DNA of 64,000 nucleotides from positions 26,848,001 to 26,912,000 of the forward strand of contig NC_086109.1 of NCBI RefSeq assembly GCF_963921235.1, written 5' to 3'. The notes below the pieces were generated by a model that did no database searches, had not been told where the DNA came from, and saw only the letters and a list, made by a program, of their open reading frames with translations. Positions 1 through 12,074 of this stretch are shown here, piece by piece. Every line of letters begins with the position of its first letter. Within the stretch, counting starts at the first letter, position 1. The translations under genes were made by a program, and so were the position numbers. This DNA comes from Mobula hypostoma (taxonomy: Eukaryota).

Positions 1-241
1 TGAAGCACAGAATCAAGTATCGCTGTGATGATTGTACATTCTAGTACCAATTGTTTGGCAACAATGAAGTATAAAGTATGAAAGTATATTCTACACTCTT
101 AGCTAGGCACATTGATGACAAATAGAAATGGTGAGCTATGTGGGAGGGAAGGGACAGATTGATCTTAGAGTAGGTTCAAAGTTCAGCACAACATTAGGGG
201 CCAGATATTCTATACAGTAACATACTGTAGATGGTCTAAAC

Positions 242-321
242 CAGGGGTTCCCAACCTGGGGTTTACAGATGCCTTGGTTATGGGTCGGGGTCCATGGCAT
301 AAAAAAGGATGGGAAACCCTG
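242..321. mobile_element. 80-bp hAT/Charlie-type MITE
   Basis: Terminal inverted repeats CAGGGGTTCCCAACCT / AGGATGGGAAACCCTG; imperfect 8-bp TSD GTCTAAAC (234-241) / GTCGAGAC (322-329) of the NTCTAGAN type. Confidence 0.65.
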
Positions 322-749
322 GTCGAGACTCACATGTAGTCCAGACCGGATATTATTAACAGATTCCCTTCCCTGAAGGACTCCATTAATCAGAAGTGCT
401 TTTGCAATGATCAGGTAATTTAGTGGTCAACATTACGAAATAAATTTTTCTTTTCTTTCTTTTCAAATCTTTTTATTGTATATATAGGAAAAATAACACG
501 AGTACATTGAAGTAACAACACTTACAATGCCTCAAAAAAAATTATCTTAAAGATTGAAAACAAAATTTTGTGATAACAAAAAAAACCTACTGAGCAGAAA
601 ACTGAGAAATAAAAAAGAGAACCCATTAGCTGTACAACCCCGGAGCCATGCGTCATACAAAAAGCTTCTAAAAATAAACATCAAACCACCAGCAAGAAAA
701 GAAAATATACTAAAAAATTTACAATTAGATCATGGAAAAAATCTATCAA

Positions 750-3700
750 TTAGCTCAAATGATAATAACGAGCAAATGAGCCCCATCTTTTCTCAAAATC
801 AAATAAAGGTTCAAAGGTTTGACTTCTAATTTTCTCCAAACTAAGACATAGCATCACTTGAGAGAACCATTGTGACAAAGTGGGAGCTGATGTATCCTTC
901 CACTTCAACAAAATGGCCCTCCTAGCCATCAATGTAACAAATGCAATAACATGTTGGTCAGACACAGAAATACCATGAATATTTTGAGGAACTATTCCAA
1001 AAAGCACAGTTAATTTATTAGGTTGTAAATTAATTTTAAGTGCTTTAGAAATTGTTGAGAAAACCGACTTCCAGAACTGTTCCAACATAGAACAAGACCA
1101 AAACATATGTGTCAGTGTAGCTATCTCAGTTTTACATCTATCACAATGACTATCAACATTAGGAAAGATTTTAGAAAGTCTCTCCTTTGTCAAATGATAA
1201 CGATGTACAATTTTAAATTGAATCAATGAATGGCTAGAACAAATTGAAGAAGAGTTAACCAACTTCAATATCGGCATCCAATCCTCCGTCATAAAAGTGA
1301 AATTAAGTTCCTTCTCCCAATCCTGTTTAATCTTAGATAAAGGCCGCTTATCCCATTGTAATAATAAATTATAAATTCTTCCAATAGAACCCTTAATCAA
1401 AGGATTTATACTCATAATAGTATCTAACAGGTCAGCCTCCAATATGTAAGGGAAATTACTTAAATATTTTTGTAAAAAATATCTAACTTGAAGATATTGC
1501 AGAAAGTGTGAGTATGAAAGAGAATATTTATCAGTTAATTGTTCAAAGGACATCAATCTATCTTTTTTAAATAAATCCAAAAACGAATTAATACCTTTAA
1601 TTTTCCAAAGTAAAAAAATTGGATCACTTAAAGAAGGCTTAAAAAAGTAATTTCGGTAAATTAAACTACGAAGTTTAAATTTTTTAAGATTAAAAAAATT
1701 GCAGAACTGGAGCCAAATTTGTAAAGAATACTTAATCACAGGATATAGGTTGAAATTAACAACTTTACCTAATTGCGTAGGTAAAGGAGCTCCCAATAAC
1801 GAGGTTAAATAAAACTGTTTTACAACTTTCAGTTCCAGGTCTATCCAAATTGGCCGATCACTCCTATCAACCCAGTATAACCAAAAAGACATATATCGCA
1901 GATTAACAGCCCAATAATACATTCTAAGGACCTCCATCCTTTTTCAATTTTTGTAAATGACGTTTACTAATTCTTGGTCTTCTATTATTCCAAATAAAAG
2001 ATAAAATAATAGAATCAATCCGATCAAAAAACTTCTTAGTCAAAAAAACAGGAATATTCTGAAATAAATATAAAAATTTCGGTAAAATCATCATTTTAAC
2101 TATATGAATACGACCAACAAGTGAAAATGTAAGCGGACTCCATCTATTAAATAAATACTTCATAGAGTCTACTAAGGGAACAAAATTAGCTTTATAAAGA
2201 TCCTTATATTTTTTAGTAATTATAATACCTAAATATCTAAAAGAGTCTGAAACTTTAAAAGGAGTATTATCGTCTATAGAGACAGAATCATTTGAAGGAA
2301 ACAATTCATTTTTACTAAAATTTATTTCATATCCTGAAAAACCTCCAAATTCATTAAATAATTTTAGCAAGGCAGGAATGGATTCATCAGGGTTAAATAT
2401 ATAAACCAATAAATCATCAGCATAAAGAGAGACCTTATGCATGATCTCATTCACAAAGATCCCATGGATATTTTTAGCCTCATGAAGAGCAATAGCAAGG
2501 GGTTCTAATATTAAATTAAACAACAAAGGACTTAATGGACAGCCTTGCCTTGTCCCCCGTGACAGCTGAAGAAAAGGACACCTACGATTGTTAGTGACAA
2601 CAGTATCAATAGGGGCTTTATATATCATTTTAATCCAATTATTAAAATTAACACCAAAGCCAAGTTTCTCTAAAACATTGAATAAATATTTCCATTCGAC
2701 TCGGTCAAACGCTTTTTCAGCATCCAAAGATACAACACATTGTGGAATTTTAGAAGAAGATGAATATATAACGTTAAATAGTCTCCGAACATTTGAACAG
2801 GAATAGCGACCCTTTATAAAGCCTGTTTGATCTTTACAAATAACTTTACGCAAAATATTCTCCAACCGGTTGGCCATTATCTTTGACAAAATCTTAGCGT
2901 CAACATTCAGTAATGAAATAGGTCTATATGAAGCACAGTCAGTAGGATCTTTATCTTTTTTAAGAATTAAAGAAATAGAGACCTCATAAAAAGTAGAGGG
3001 TAAGTCACCTTTCACAAAAGAATCCTTAAACATTTCCAACATATACGGAGAGAGCAACTTTCCAGATTTTTTATAAAATTCTACAGGATAGCCATCAAGT
3101 CCTGGGGACTTACCAGATTGCATTGAAAAAATAGCTTTATGAATTTCAGCTTCAGTAATTTGAGCATCGAGAGTTTTTTGATCCTCAGCCAAGATTTTAG
3201 GAAAAACAATCTTTCGTAAAAAAGCATTCATTTTAGAGGAATCTAACGGACATTGAGATTTATATAGCTCAGCATAAAAATCTTGAAAAATCTTATTAAT
3301 TTCTTTATATTCCTGAGCTAAGGTACCATCTTTCCTATAAATTTTCATGATTTGCCTTTTGGCTGCAGCCATTTTTAATTGAGATGCAAGCAGTTTATTA
3401 CTTTAATCTCCGGACATAAAAAAATTGGCTCTTTAACTTAAGCAAATAACCTTCAATGGGATGAGTTAATAACAGGTTATATTGTGATTGAAGTTCCACC
3501 CTTTGTATAAATAAATCAGTATTGGGGAAATTGCATAAATATTATCTAAATCTTTAATTTGTTTTGAAATTCTATCTAATTCTGCTTTAGTTTGTTTTTT
3601 AAGTTTAACTGAATAAGAAATAATCTGACCACGTAAAAATGCTTTAAATGTATCCCATATAACTAATTTAGACATACCCCCTATAATCATTAAAAAGAAA

Positions 3701-4510
3701 AAATTCTTGTATCTGGGTTTCAGTGAAACTGACAAAGAGTTTTGCAATAATGTCTGAGACATGCGCCAAGGTGGGCGGGCAAGAATGACATCATCAAATT
3801 CAAAAGACAAACTCAGAGGCGCATGATCAGATATAGCAATAGCGTCATATTGGCAAGTTTTAACACTAGGCAAGAAGCGGGGATCAATTATAATATAATC
3901 GATCCTCGAATTTTTTTTTAAACATGTGAGAAGAAAGAATATTCTCTATTATCGGGGTGAAGATACCTCCACAAATCAATCAACCCAAAGTCAATCAAAA
4001 AGGAATTAATAAATGACGCGGATCGATTTGGAAGTTGCTGATTGGTTGAGCTCTTATCAATCATAGGATTTAAACAGCAATTAAAATCCCCACCCATTAT
4101 GAGCATATATTCATTTAAGTCAGGCAGTAAAGCAAATACCTTTTTAAAAAAAGTAGGATCATCTACGTTAGGACCATACAAATTAACCAAAACAACTTTT
4201 CTGTTACAGATTGTTCCTTTAACAATTAGAAATCTACCATTAGAATCTGATTCAATATCCTCTTGAATAAATATATTAGGTTTAATGAAAATAGACATGC
4301 CTTTTGTTTTACTCTGAGAAGTAGAGTGGAATTGCAAACCATTCCACCATCTAAAAAATCTATTTTGATCTCCCGCCCTGATATGTGTCTCTTGAGCAAA
4401 AATTATCTCAGGTTGCAATCGGTTAATAATTTTAAATTCTTCTTTCGCTTAATAGGATGATTCCAACCGCGTACATTCCAACTTATTATATTAATCCGTT
4501 TGAACAGCAT
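750..4510 (-). pseudogene. L1 ORF2 (APE endonuclease, reverse transcriptase, C-terminal CCHC), several frameshifts
   Basis: ISWNVRG, AQETH and GGDFN (endonuclease); YRPISLLN, SLDAEKAFD, GTRQGCPLSP and LYADD (RT); CDRC...HMFWSC. Confidence 0.92.
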
Positions 4511-5252
4511 ACTATAATTTCATTCTACTTTATACATACACAGAGCACATACCAATACAGGATGATCAAAGATGGCGGTGATGAAGAATACAACCAAATA
4601 AAAAACACGCATGCTCTGGAACCACCCAATGGGGAAAAAACTCCTAACTCTAAACCCACCCACCCACACCCAGAAACCCGAAAGAGGCAAGCGATCTACG
4701 ATAGAATTCAAAGCTGCTGACTGCTCTGTCTGTGTTTTCTTTCCCTCCCCCCAGTTAGTAAAAAAGTAGAGTGACCTTGTGAGAAAGACAATAAAGTCTC
4801 AGCAAGAAAAGGTATTTACATTCCATCGACTAATAAACAAGAAAGAACCAAAATAATGTTATCTCTTAGAGAGAAAAACCAGCGCCATGTTTAAGTTTAA
4901 TATTAATTCCCTAAAAAAAGCTTTAAATTCAATTATAAAATGTTATAATAAAACAGAAAAAAATATATAAAAAGCCATATTAGTAGGAAAAAACTACCAA
5001 TTAGCTACCAAGTACTAAATTAAAGGAACAAGTCACCTTATCTTCTTCCCTCAGTCATAGAATGTCCAGAGATCATTTGAACAGAGATACTTAAACCATA
5101 AATCTTTCCAAAGGAAAACCAATAATATGCAATAAAGAACAACACTCCGTCTTGTTTAATTAGTCTCTCGATGAAATATACAAGTGACCTTCATAAATCT
5201 TCTTTCCAAAATGCGAATAATAGACAAATAGCCAAACAGCCTTTCAGATGGA

Positions 5253-6090
5253 TCATTCAACAGCAGCGTCGGTGACAGTGGCAGGTAAAGCCTGAACAAA
5301 ATCCAGTGCAGCTTTTGGATCAAAAAAAGTACGAAGAGGAGAATTAGCAGGGAAAATTTTAATTCTTGTCGGGTACCTCAAAGACGGGAAAAGGTTTTTT
5401 ATCATATTCTTGTTTCATTACCAGGGCAAATTTTGATCTTTGTTCCATTATCTCTATTGGATAATCTTCGTAGAAGTGGAGCTCAGGTTCCACAAATCTA
5501 AAAACTCTCTGTTTTCTTGCCTGTCGCATTATTTGATCTTTAATTTTAAAGTGATGAAAGCAAATCAGAACAGATCTTGGTTTACTAGAATCCTTCGATT
5601 TCGAGATAAACGCCCTGTGTGCCCTTTCTATTGCAGGCGGCTTTGATAGAATGGTAGGAAATAAAGTGTGGAAAAGCTTACCAAAGTAAGCCGTTAGATC
5701 TCCATCTTCAGCTCCTTCCTGCAGCCCAACAATTCTTATATTCCTTCGTCGAGACCTAGTTTCCAGGTCTATAAACTTATTTTGATATGTTTCCAAACGA
5801 GTTGTAGCTTCAGACAACTTTTGCTTAGTTATCTTCAGTTCCTGTTCGTGTGAAATAACTTGAGTTTCCAGGTCTTTAAGCTTTCCCAGAGATGACTTAA
5901 TTTCATTACTATTCTTTTCCAGTTGGTCTTTAATTGATCCATTCTGATCCTTAATTGAATTTAGTGTCCGAACAATATCTTCAGCCCACGATGGCATTTC
6001 ATCAGATCTTTCCGTTTGCACCTTTCCTTTCCCATTACCTTTATCACTAGGTTCAGGTAAATTCTTCCCACTTCTTGTAGACATAGACAT
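5253..6090 (-). pseudogene. L1 ORF1 (coiled coil plus RRM), one frameshift near 5395
   Basis: DLETRSRRRNIRIVGLQEG, IERAHR and PRSVLICF motifs; after the frameshift it continues LFPSLRYPTRIKI...AAVE to a stop. Confidence 0.88.
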
Positions 6091-7721
6091 AATTGATCTC
6101 CCTCAAGAATCAACAAGTAAAATTTTTAGATTCAAAGCTTAAACTAGGGGGAAAGAAAGAAAACTAAGAGCAGCAGAAAAATACTGCTACTCCATTGGCA
6201 GACGGACGGTCCTCCTGAAATAAATTTTAAATCCAAGATTTACTTCATTCTTTGAACTTAAATTCTTCTTCGGCCTCGGTGTGAGTCTCTGTATCAGTGG
6301 GATCAGTCTCTAATTGCTGGGGCAGTAATTTAATCTATGTACACTACCCCAAGCTGCAATGCAAAACAGAAAGGACATGTATTCTCCTGTCAGAAGTTTC
6401 TCAGAAGAGTTAAAGCAACCTTGCAGCTTTGTAAGGGGAGTTAGTTAAGAAACAGTTCAGAGACAGATGAAATATTGATACGGTAAAGGTTATTCCAGAG
6501 AAATATTTCAAGATCTATATTCTAAATTTTAAAGTTCAGGAGCATTTGGTCAGTAAAAATTTCTTTATATAATTTAAACATTAAACCAGGGTTTTTTTCC
6601 AAAGGAGACAGGAATATGTTCTTTATCCTGGAGTACAATTTGGAAGTTTCTGTGGCCACTGAGCATTCCATCACTCAGCTCTCTGTCAGCAAGTTACAGA
6701 ACACACTGGACTAAATTGTACAGCCACTAACTTAAGAACTGATGTGGTAGGCAAATTAAAAAAGTTAACAATTTTTTCCAAAGAATTCAGGAAGGAAAGA
6801 CAGGGTGTGGAGGACATCAAAGGAAATTATGTCCTTAAGTTAACTTTGTCCATAAATCGGAAAATACATAATAATTGCTCAATATAGTAACCATACCTCT
6901 ACAGTATTGTAATGAATGATGTTAAAGGCACATAAAACAGTGAAGGAAGAGTTACTAAAAGTGGAAAGAGAGAAAAATCTCATTGTATTGTTTGTAGGAC
7001 TGAACATTTGTTGGACTTTTGATTTTATAAAATTATTGGAGCTTGTCTGTAAAAATGCTCACAAATAGTCTGTCAGTAACCCAAGGGTGACCTGTAAACC
7101 CTTTGAAGGTGCCCAAGGTATCTGACAACCAATAAATTACTGCTAATGAGGGTGAACAAAAAAAATCCACCTCCTTTGAAACATGCTGGGTGCTTGTTGC
7201 TTGTATCTCACTCAAGTGCCCATCCATTAAGTTTGAGCCAAGACATTTAATCAGTGCATTTTATTTTGGCTTGGGGAATTCAAAGATGGACCTTATTAAC
7301 TCATGTTCATAGACTATACAGGATGACTTCTCCTCATATTTTTAGTTATCTTTTTCTCCCCCTGTCTCCACAGCTTCCTTCACAAGCCCATGAGAGTTGA
7401 TGTTAATTTAAGATCTCTATGGGCTACCAAGATAACTTACACCAGTCCCTCCTGTTAAATGCTCATGCATTTATTCATGAGCTTGCTAGCTCGGACAAAA
7501 GTAGGAGGTTGCAGCATAGTGCTTCTATGCCATTGACTTTAATAGATGTAATATCAAAGCAGGCAATAGTTCTGTCTAAGGCTGCATCATTGCCCCAGCA
7601 TTTTTTATCCAAGTGTTTCTTGCCACAATGATGCACCTCAACATCCCTGGAATGAACTAGTGGTGTTATTGACCACATAATCTCAGGATTTGAGCTAATA
7701 ATCTGAAGATAGGGTCGCCAA

Positions 7722-8358
7722 AAAAAGCCTTTGCACATTGGCCTTCATAAATCAAAGTATTGAGGAGAGCAGATGGGGTGTTATGTTGAAGTTGCATAAG
7801 ACATAAGGTGAGGCCTGATTTGGAGTAACGTGTGTAGTCTTGGTCACCTACCTACAGGAAAGATGTAAAGAAGGTTGAAAGAGTACAGAGAAAATTTACA
7901 AGGATGTTGCCAGGTCTAGAGGACCTGAGTTATCAGGAAAGATTGAATAGGTTAGGGCTGTATTCTTGAGAACGCAGAAGATGAAAGGAGATTTGATAGA
8001 GGTATACAAGATTATGAGGGGTACAAATAGGGTAAATGCAAGCAGGCTTTTCCACTGAGGTTGGGTGGGACTACAACCAGAGGTCATGGGTTAAGGGGGA
8101 AAGGTGAAAAGTTTAAGGGGACCATGACGGGAAACTTCTTCACTCAGAGGGTTGTGAGAATGTGGAACAAGCTGCCAGCGCAAGTGGTACATGTGAGCTC
8201 AATGTCAACACTTAGGCAAAGTTTGGATCGGTACATGGATGGTAGGGATATGGAGAGCTATGGTCCCAGTGCAAGTTGATGGGAGTAGGCAGTTTAAATG
8301 GCTTTGGCATGAACTAGATGGGCCTGTTTCTGTGTTGTACTTTTTTATGACTCCATAA
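7722..8358 (+). mobile_element. CR1-type LINE 3' fragment
   Basis: Decayed CR1 ORF2 C-terminus (TRGHGL...FFTQRVVRMWNKLP) followed by a CR1-type 3' UTR. Confidence 0.8.
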
Positions 8359-9794
8359 CACAAGTTAAAAGCCTTTTATGGCAAATTGGAAAATTTGATT
8401 CAGTTAAGTAAATCACAAGTTGAAAATGAGAGTAGAATTGAGAATGGTGACCATGAAACTGCCAAATTACAATAAAAACCTTGCTGGTTTGCGTTTATCA
8501 CTTTGAGAACAAAACATGCCTAGTCTGGCCTACAGGTAACTTCTGACTCTCAGCAATGTGTTGGACATCTGAAATGACACAGTGAGCATTCAGTTCAAGT
8601 GTAGTTCAGGATGAGCTATAACTGCTGACCCTTGCAGTGAGTTCCCACATACCATGAAAGAATAAAAAGGAGCATTCGTTTTAAGGAAACATTGTTTGTT
8701 CAGAATACGCTGGTAAGACTACCAAGCCATTCAGTTATCAATAGCTCCAGGCCAAGATAATTAATTGAATGCTGAATTCACTTTCCCAGCAACAGGAGAA
8801 AGGAAAAGTAAAATCTGACATTCAACATTTCCTTCTTAACAGGTGCTTCCGTTCCATTCTAATTTTGCAAACCTGATCACAGGAGCTGCCCTGTGGTATC
8901 CGTGGGTCAAATGATTTGCCGTTTATTTTAAAACAATAGAAGGCACTATGGGGGTTCTCTGGAGACAGCTGCATGTATGAAGAGTTAATGATTTACATCT
9001 GTGTTTGGGTTTTATAGGTTGACGCTGTGTTTAGCTGTCCGTTTCCCTTAGCCACAGCTGTTTGCTTTTGGATGTGTTGCTGCTGGCAAGATAGTAACAA
9101 GTCCTGCAGGATTTGCTCTTTGGACAAGGGTTTAGACAGATTTTGAAAAAAAGACGGATGATAATTATGCAGTGGGATTATCATACCAATTGAAATATTA
9201 AACAGCGCGCACTCTAAGTGCTGGACGAACTCAGCAGGTCAGGCAGCATCTCTAGAAATGAATAGACAGTTGACATTTCAGGCCAAGACCCTTCTTCAGG
9301 ACTGGAAAGGAAGGGAGAAGATGCCAGAATAAAAATGTGGGGTGAGGTGAAATACTGTACGTCTTCTCAAGCTAATCTGGAATGTCCATATACAAGAGAA
9401 AATTTTGAACATGAGAGCAGAAAAATATCATACTCTTGTAGCAATAAGGATACTTTTGGTTGTGGACATCTGAAACACAAAGATGAAAGGTTATTTAAGG
9501 GAGAAGATGAGGCTCTCTAATGATTTATCAATTTAATTCTGTAAGTGACTGAGCTCCACAATACAAAGAGAGGCCAGATTTGATTCCTGTCTATGTTGTA
9601 TTAGCTAAAGTCTTCTGGGAAAGTGGAGAACAGAGGCATTGTGGATGGCGTGATGTAATCAGAAGGAGGTTAAAGTTCCAATTTGTATCCAGATAGCATC
9701 AATGGAATTTAAAATGTGAGTGATCTTTGCAAGGGGATTGGGAAAATCAGGTTGGTGTCAGATTGCAAAAGAGGGAGTTGCATAAGTCAGGTGT

Positions 9795-11935
9795 ATCAGT
9801 ATTGTAATGGAATAAAAGGAATTCGGGGCATGAGAGAGGAGCTTGCCCAGGCAGATTGGAGGGGGATACTGGCGGGGAATGCAGCAGAGCAGAGATGGCT
9901 GAAGTTTGTGGGAATAGTTTACAAGGTGCAGGAAGGATATGTCCCACAGAAGAAGTTGTTCTCAAGTGGCAGGGGTAGGCAATCGTGATGACGAGGAAAG
10001 TTAAGCACTGCATAAAAGCCAAGGAAAGGGCATAAAATGTAGCAAAAGTGAGTGGGAAGTTGGATGATTGGGAAATTTTTAAAATGCAACAAAAGGCAAC
10101 TAAAAAAACAGCTATAAGAAGGCAAAAAATGAAAAAGGGCAAACTAGCCAATAATATAAATCAGGATACTAAAAGTTTTTCAGTTATATAAAGATTAAAA
10201 GGGAGGTGAGAGTTGACATTGGACCACCGGAAAATGATGCTAGTGAGGAAGTAATGGGGAACAAAAAAGATGCCAGATCAGCCTGCTAAGTACTTTGCAT
10301 CATTCTTCACCATGGAAGACACCAGCAGTGTACCAGAGGTTCATGAGTGTCAGGGAGCAGGAGGGAGTGCCATTGCTACTACAAAGTAAAAAGGCAAACT
10401 GAAAGGTCTTAAGGTGGATAAGTTACCTGGACCAGATGGGCTACATCCTAGAGTTCTAAAAGAGGTTGCTGAAGAGATATCAGATGCATTGGTCATGATC
10501 TTTCAAGAATGACTTGATTCTGCCATTGTCCAAGAGGACTGGAAGGTGGCAAATGTCACTCCACTCTTTAAGAAGGGAGGAAGGCAAAATAAAGGAAATT
10601 ATAGGCGAGTTAGCCTAACCTCAGTGGTTGGGAAAGTGTTGGAGTCCATTATTAAGGGATAAGGTTGCAGGGTACTTGGAGACTAATGATAAAATAAGGC
10701 AAAGTTGGCATGGTTTCTGTAAAACGGAACTCCTGCCTGACAAATCTGTTCGAGATCTTCGAGAAAGTAACAGGCAGGGTGGACAAAGGAGAGGCAGTGG
10801 ATGTTATTTGCTTGGGTTTTCAGAAGGCCTTAGATAATGTGCTGCACATGAGGCTGCTTAAGAAGATAAAATCCCATGGCATTACAGGAAAGATATTGGC
10901 ACGGTTAGAGGTATGGCTGACAGACGGGAGGCAGTGAGAGGGAATAAAAGGGGCCTTTTCTAGCTGGCTGCTAGTGACTAATGGTGCTCCTCAGGGGGTC
11001 AGTGTTGGGATTGCTATTTTTCATATTGTGTGACAGTGATGTAGAGAATGAAATTGATGACTGTGTGGCAAAGTTTGCAGATGATATGAAGGTAGGTAGA
11101 GAGATAGGTAATGCTGAGGAAGCAGTTCTATTGCAGAAGGACTTAGCCAAATTGGAAAAATGGGCAAAAAAGTGTCAGATGGAATTGTGTTGGGAAATGT
11201 ATAACAATGCATTTTGGTAAGAGGAACAAAAGTGAAAACTATTAACTAAATGGGGAGAAAATTCAAATATCAGAGGGACTTGGGATTCTTGGTACAAGAC
11301 TCCCAGAATGTTAATTTACAGGTTGAGTCTGTGGTAAAGAAGGCAAATGCAACGTTGGCATTCGTTTCAAGGGGATTAGAATACAAAAACAAGGAGATAA
11401 TGCTGAAGCTTTATAAGACGCTAGTCAGGCCGCCATTAGAACATAGTCAACCATTTTGGAGAGAGTCCAGAAGAAGTGTAGGAGGATGATTCTGGGAATG
11501 TAGGAGTTAATGTATGAGGAGCACTTGGCAGCTTTGGGTCTGTACTCACGGGAACTGAATGCATGGGGATCTCATTGAAACCTACCGAATGTTGAAAAGG
11601 CTAAATAAGGTGGATGTGGAGAGGATAGTCCTATAGTGGGGGTGTTCAGGGCACAGCCTCAAAATTGAGGGGCGACCCTTTAGAACTGAAGGTAAGGAGG
11701 GATTTTTTTCTTGTCAGAGAGCAGTGAATCTGTGGAATGCTCTGTCACAGACAGCTGCGGAGGCCAAGACTGCGGGTATATTTAATGCGAAAATTGATAG
11801 TTTTTTGATTGATCAGGACATCAAAGGTTATGGTGAGAAGGCAGGTGTATGGGTTTGAGTGGGATCCGGGATCAGCCATGATGAAATGGCGGAGCAGACC
11901 CGATGAGCTGAATGCCCTAATTCTGCTCCTGTCTA
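9795..11935 (+). mobile_element. 5'-truncated, decayed CR1 LINE
   Basis: PGPDGLHPRVLKE, NYRRVSLTSV, SCLTNL, KFADD and RDLG motifs across frameshifts; CR1-type 3' end. Confidence 0.88.
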
Positions 11936-12074
11936 CTTCATGCTCTCATTATTGATTGCTATTTCTTTATCTGCTTTTGAACAGTTTGTTGTTTATTGAT
12001 CCTGATTACAGTTATTGTTCTGTAGACTATGCCCCTAGGAAAAAGAATTGCAGGATTGTTTGTGGTGATATGTA

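Larger units (their letters stand above)
449..6216 (-). mobile_element. Full-length L1-clade LINE, antisense to the host gene and frameshifted
   Basis: ORF1 and ORF2 remnants; A-rich tail at about 449-465; exact 12-bp TSD GAAATAAATTTT at 437-448 and 6217-6228, which reads TT/AAAA on the element strand (L1 endonuclease site). Confidence 0.93.

Noticed and set aside
8843..8913. Strong-looking splice acceptor (ccttcttaacag|GTG) as a possible extra CELSR exon
   Set aside because: All three frames hit stops quickly, and none resembles the EGF or LamG sequence expected upstream of exon 21524.
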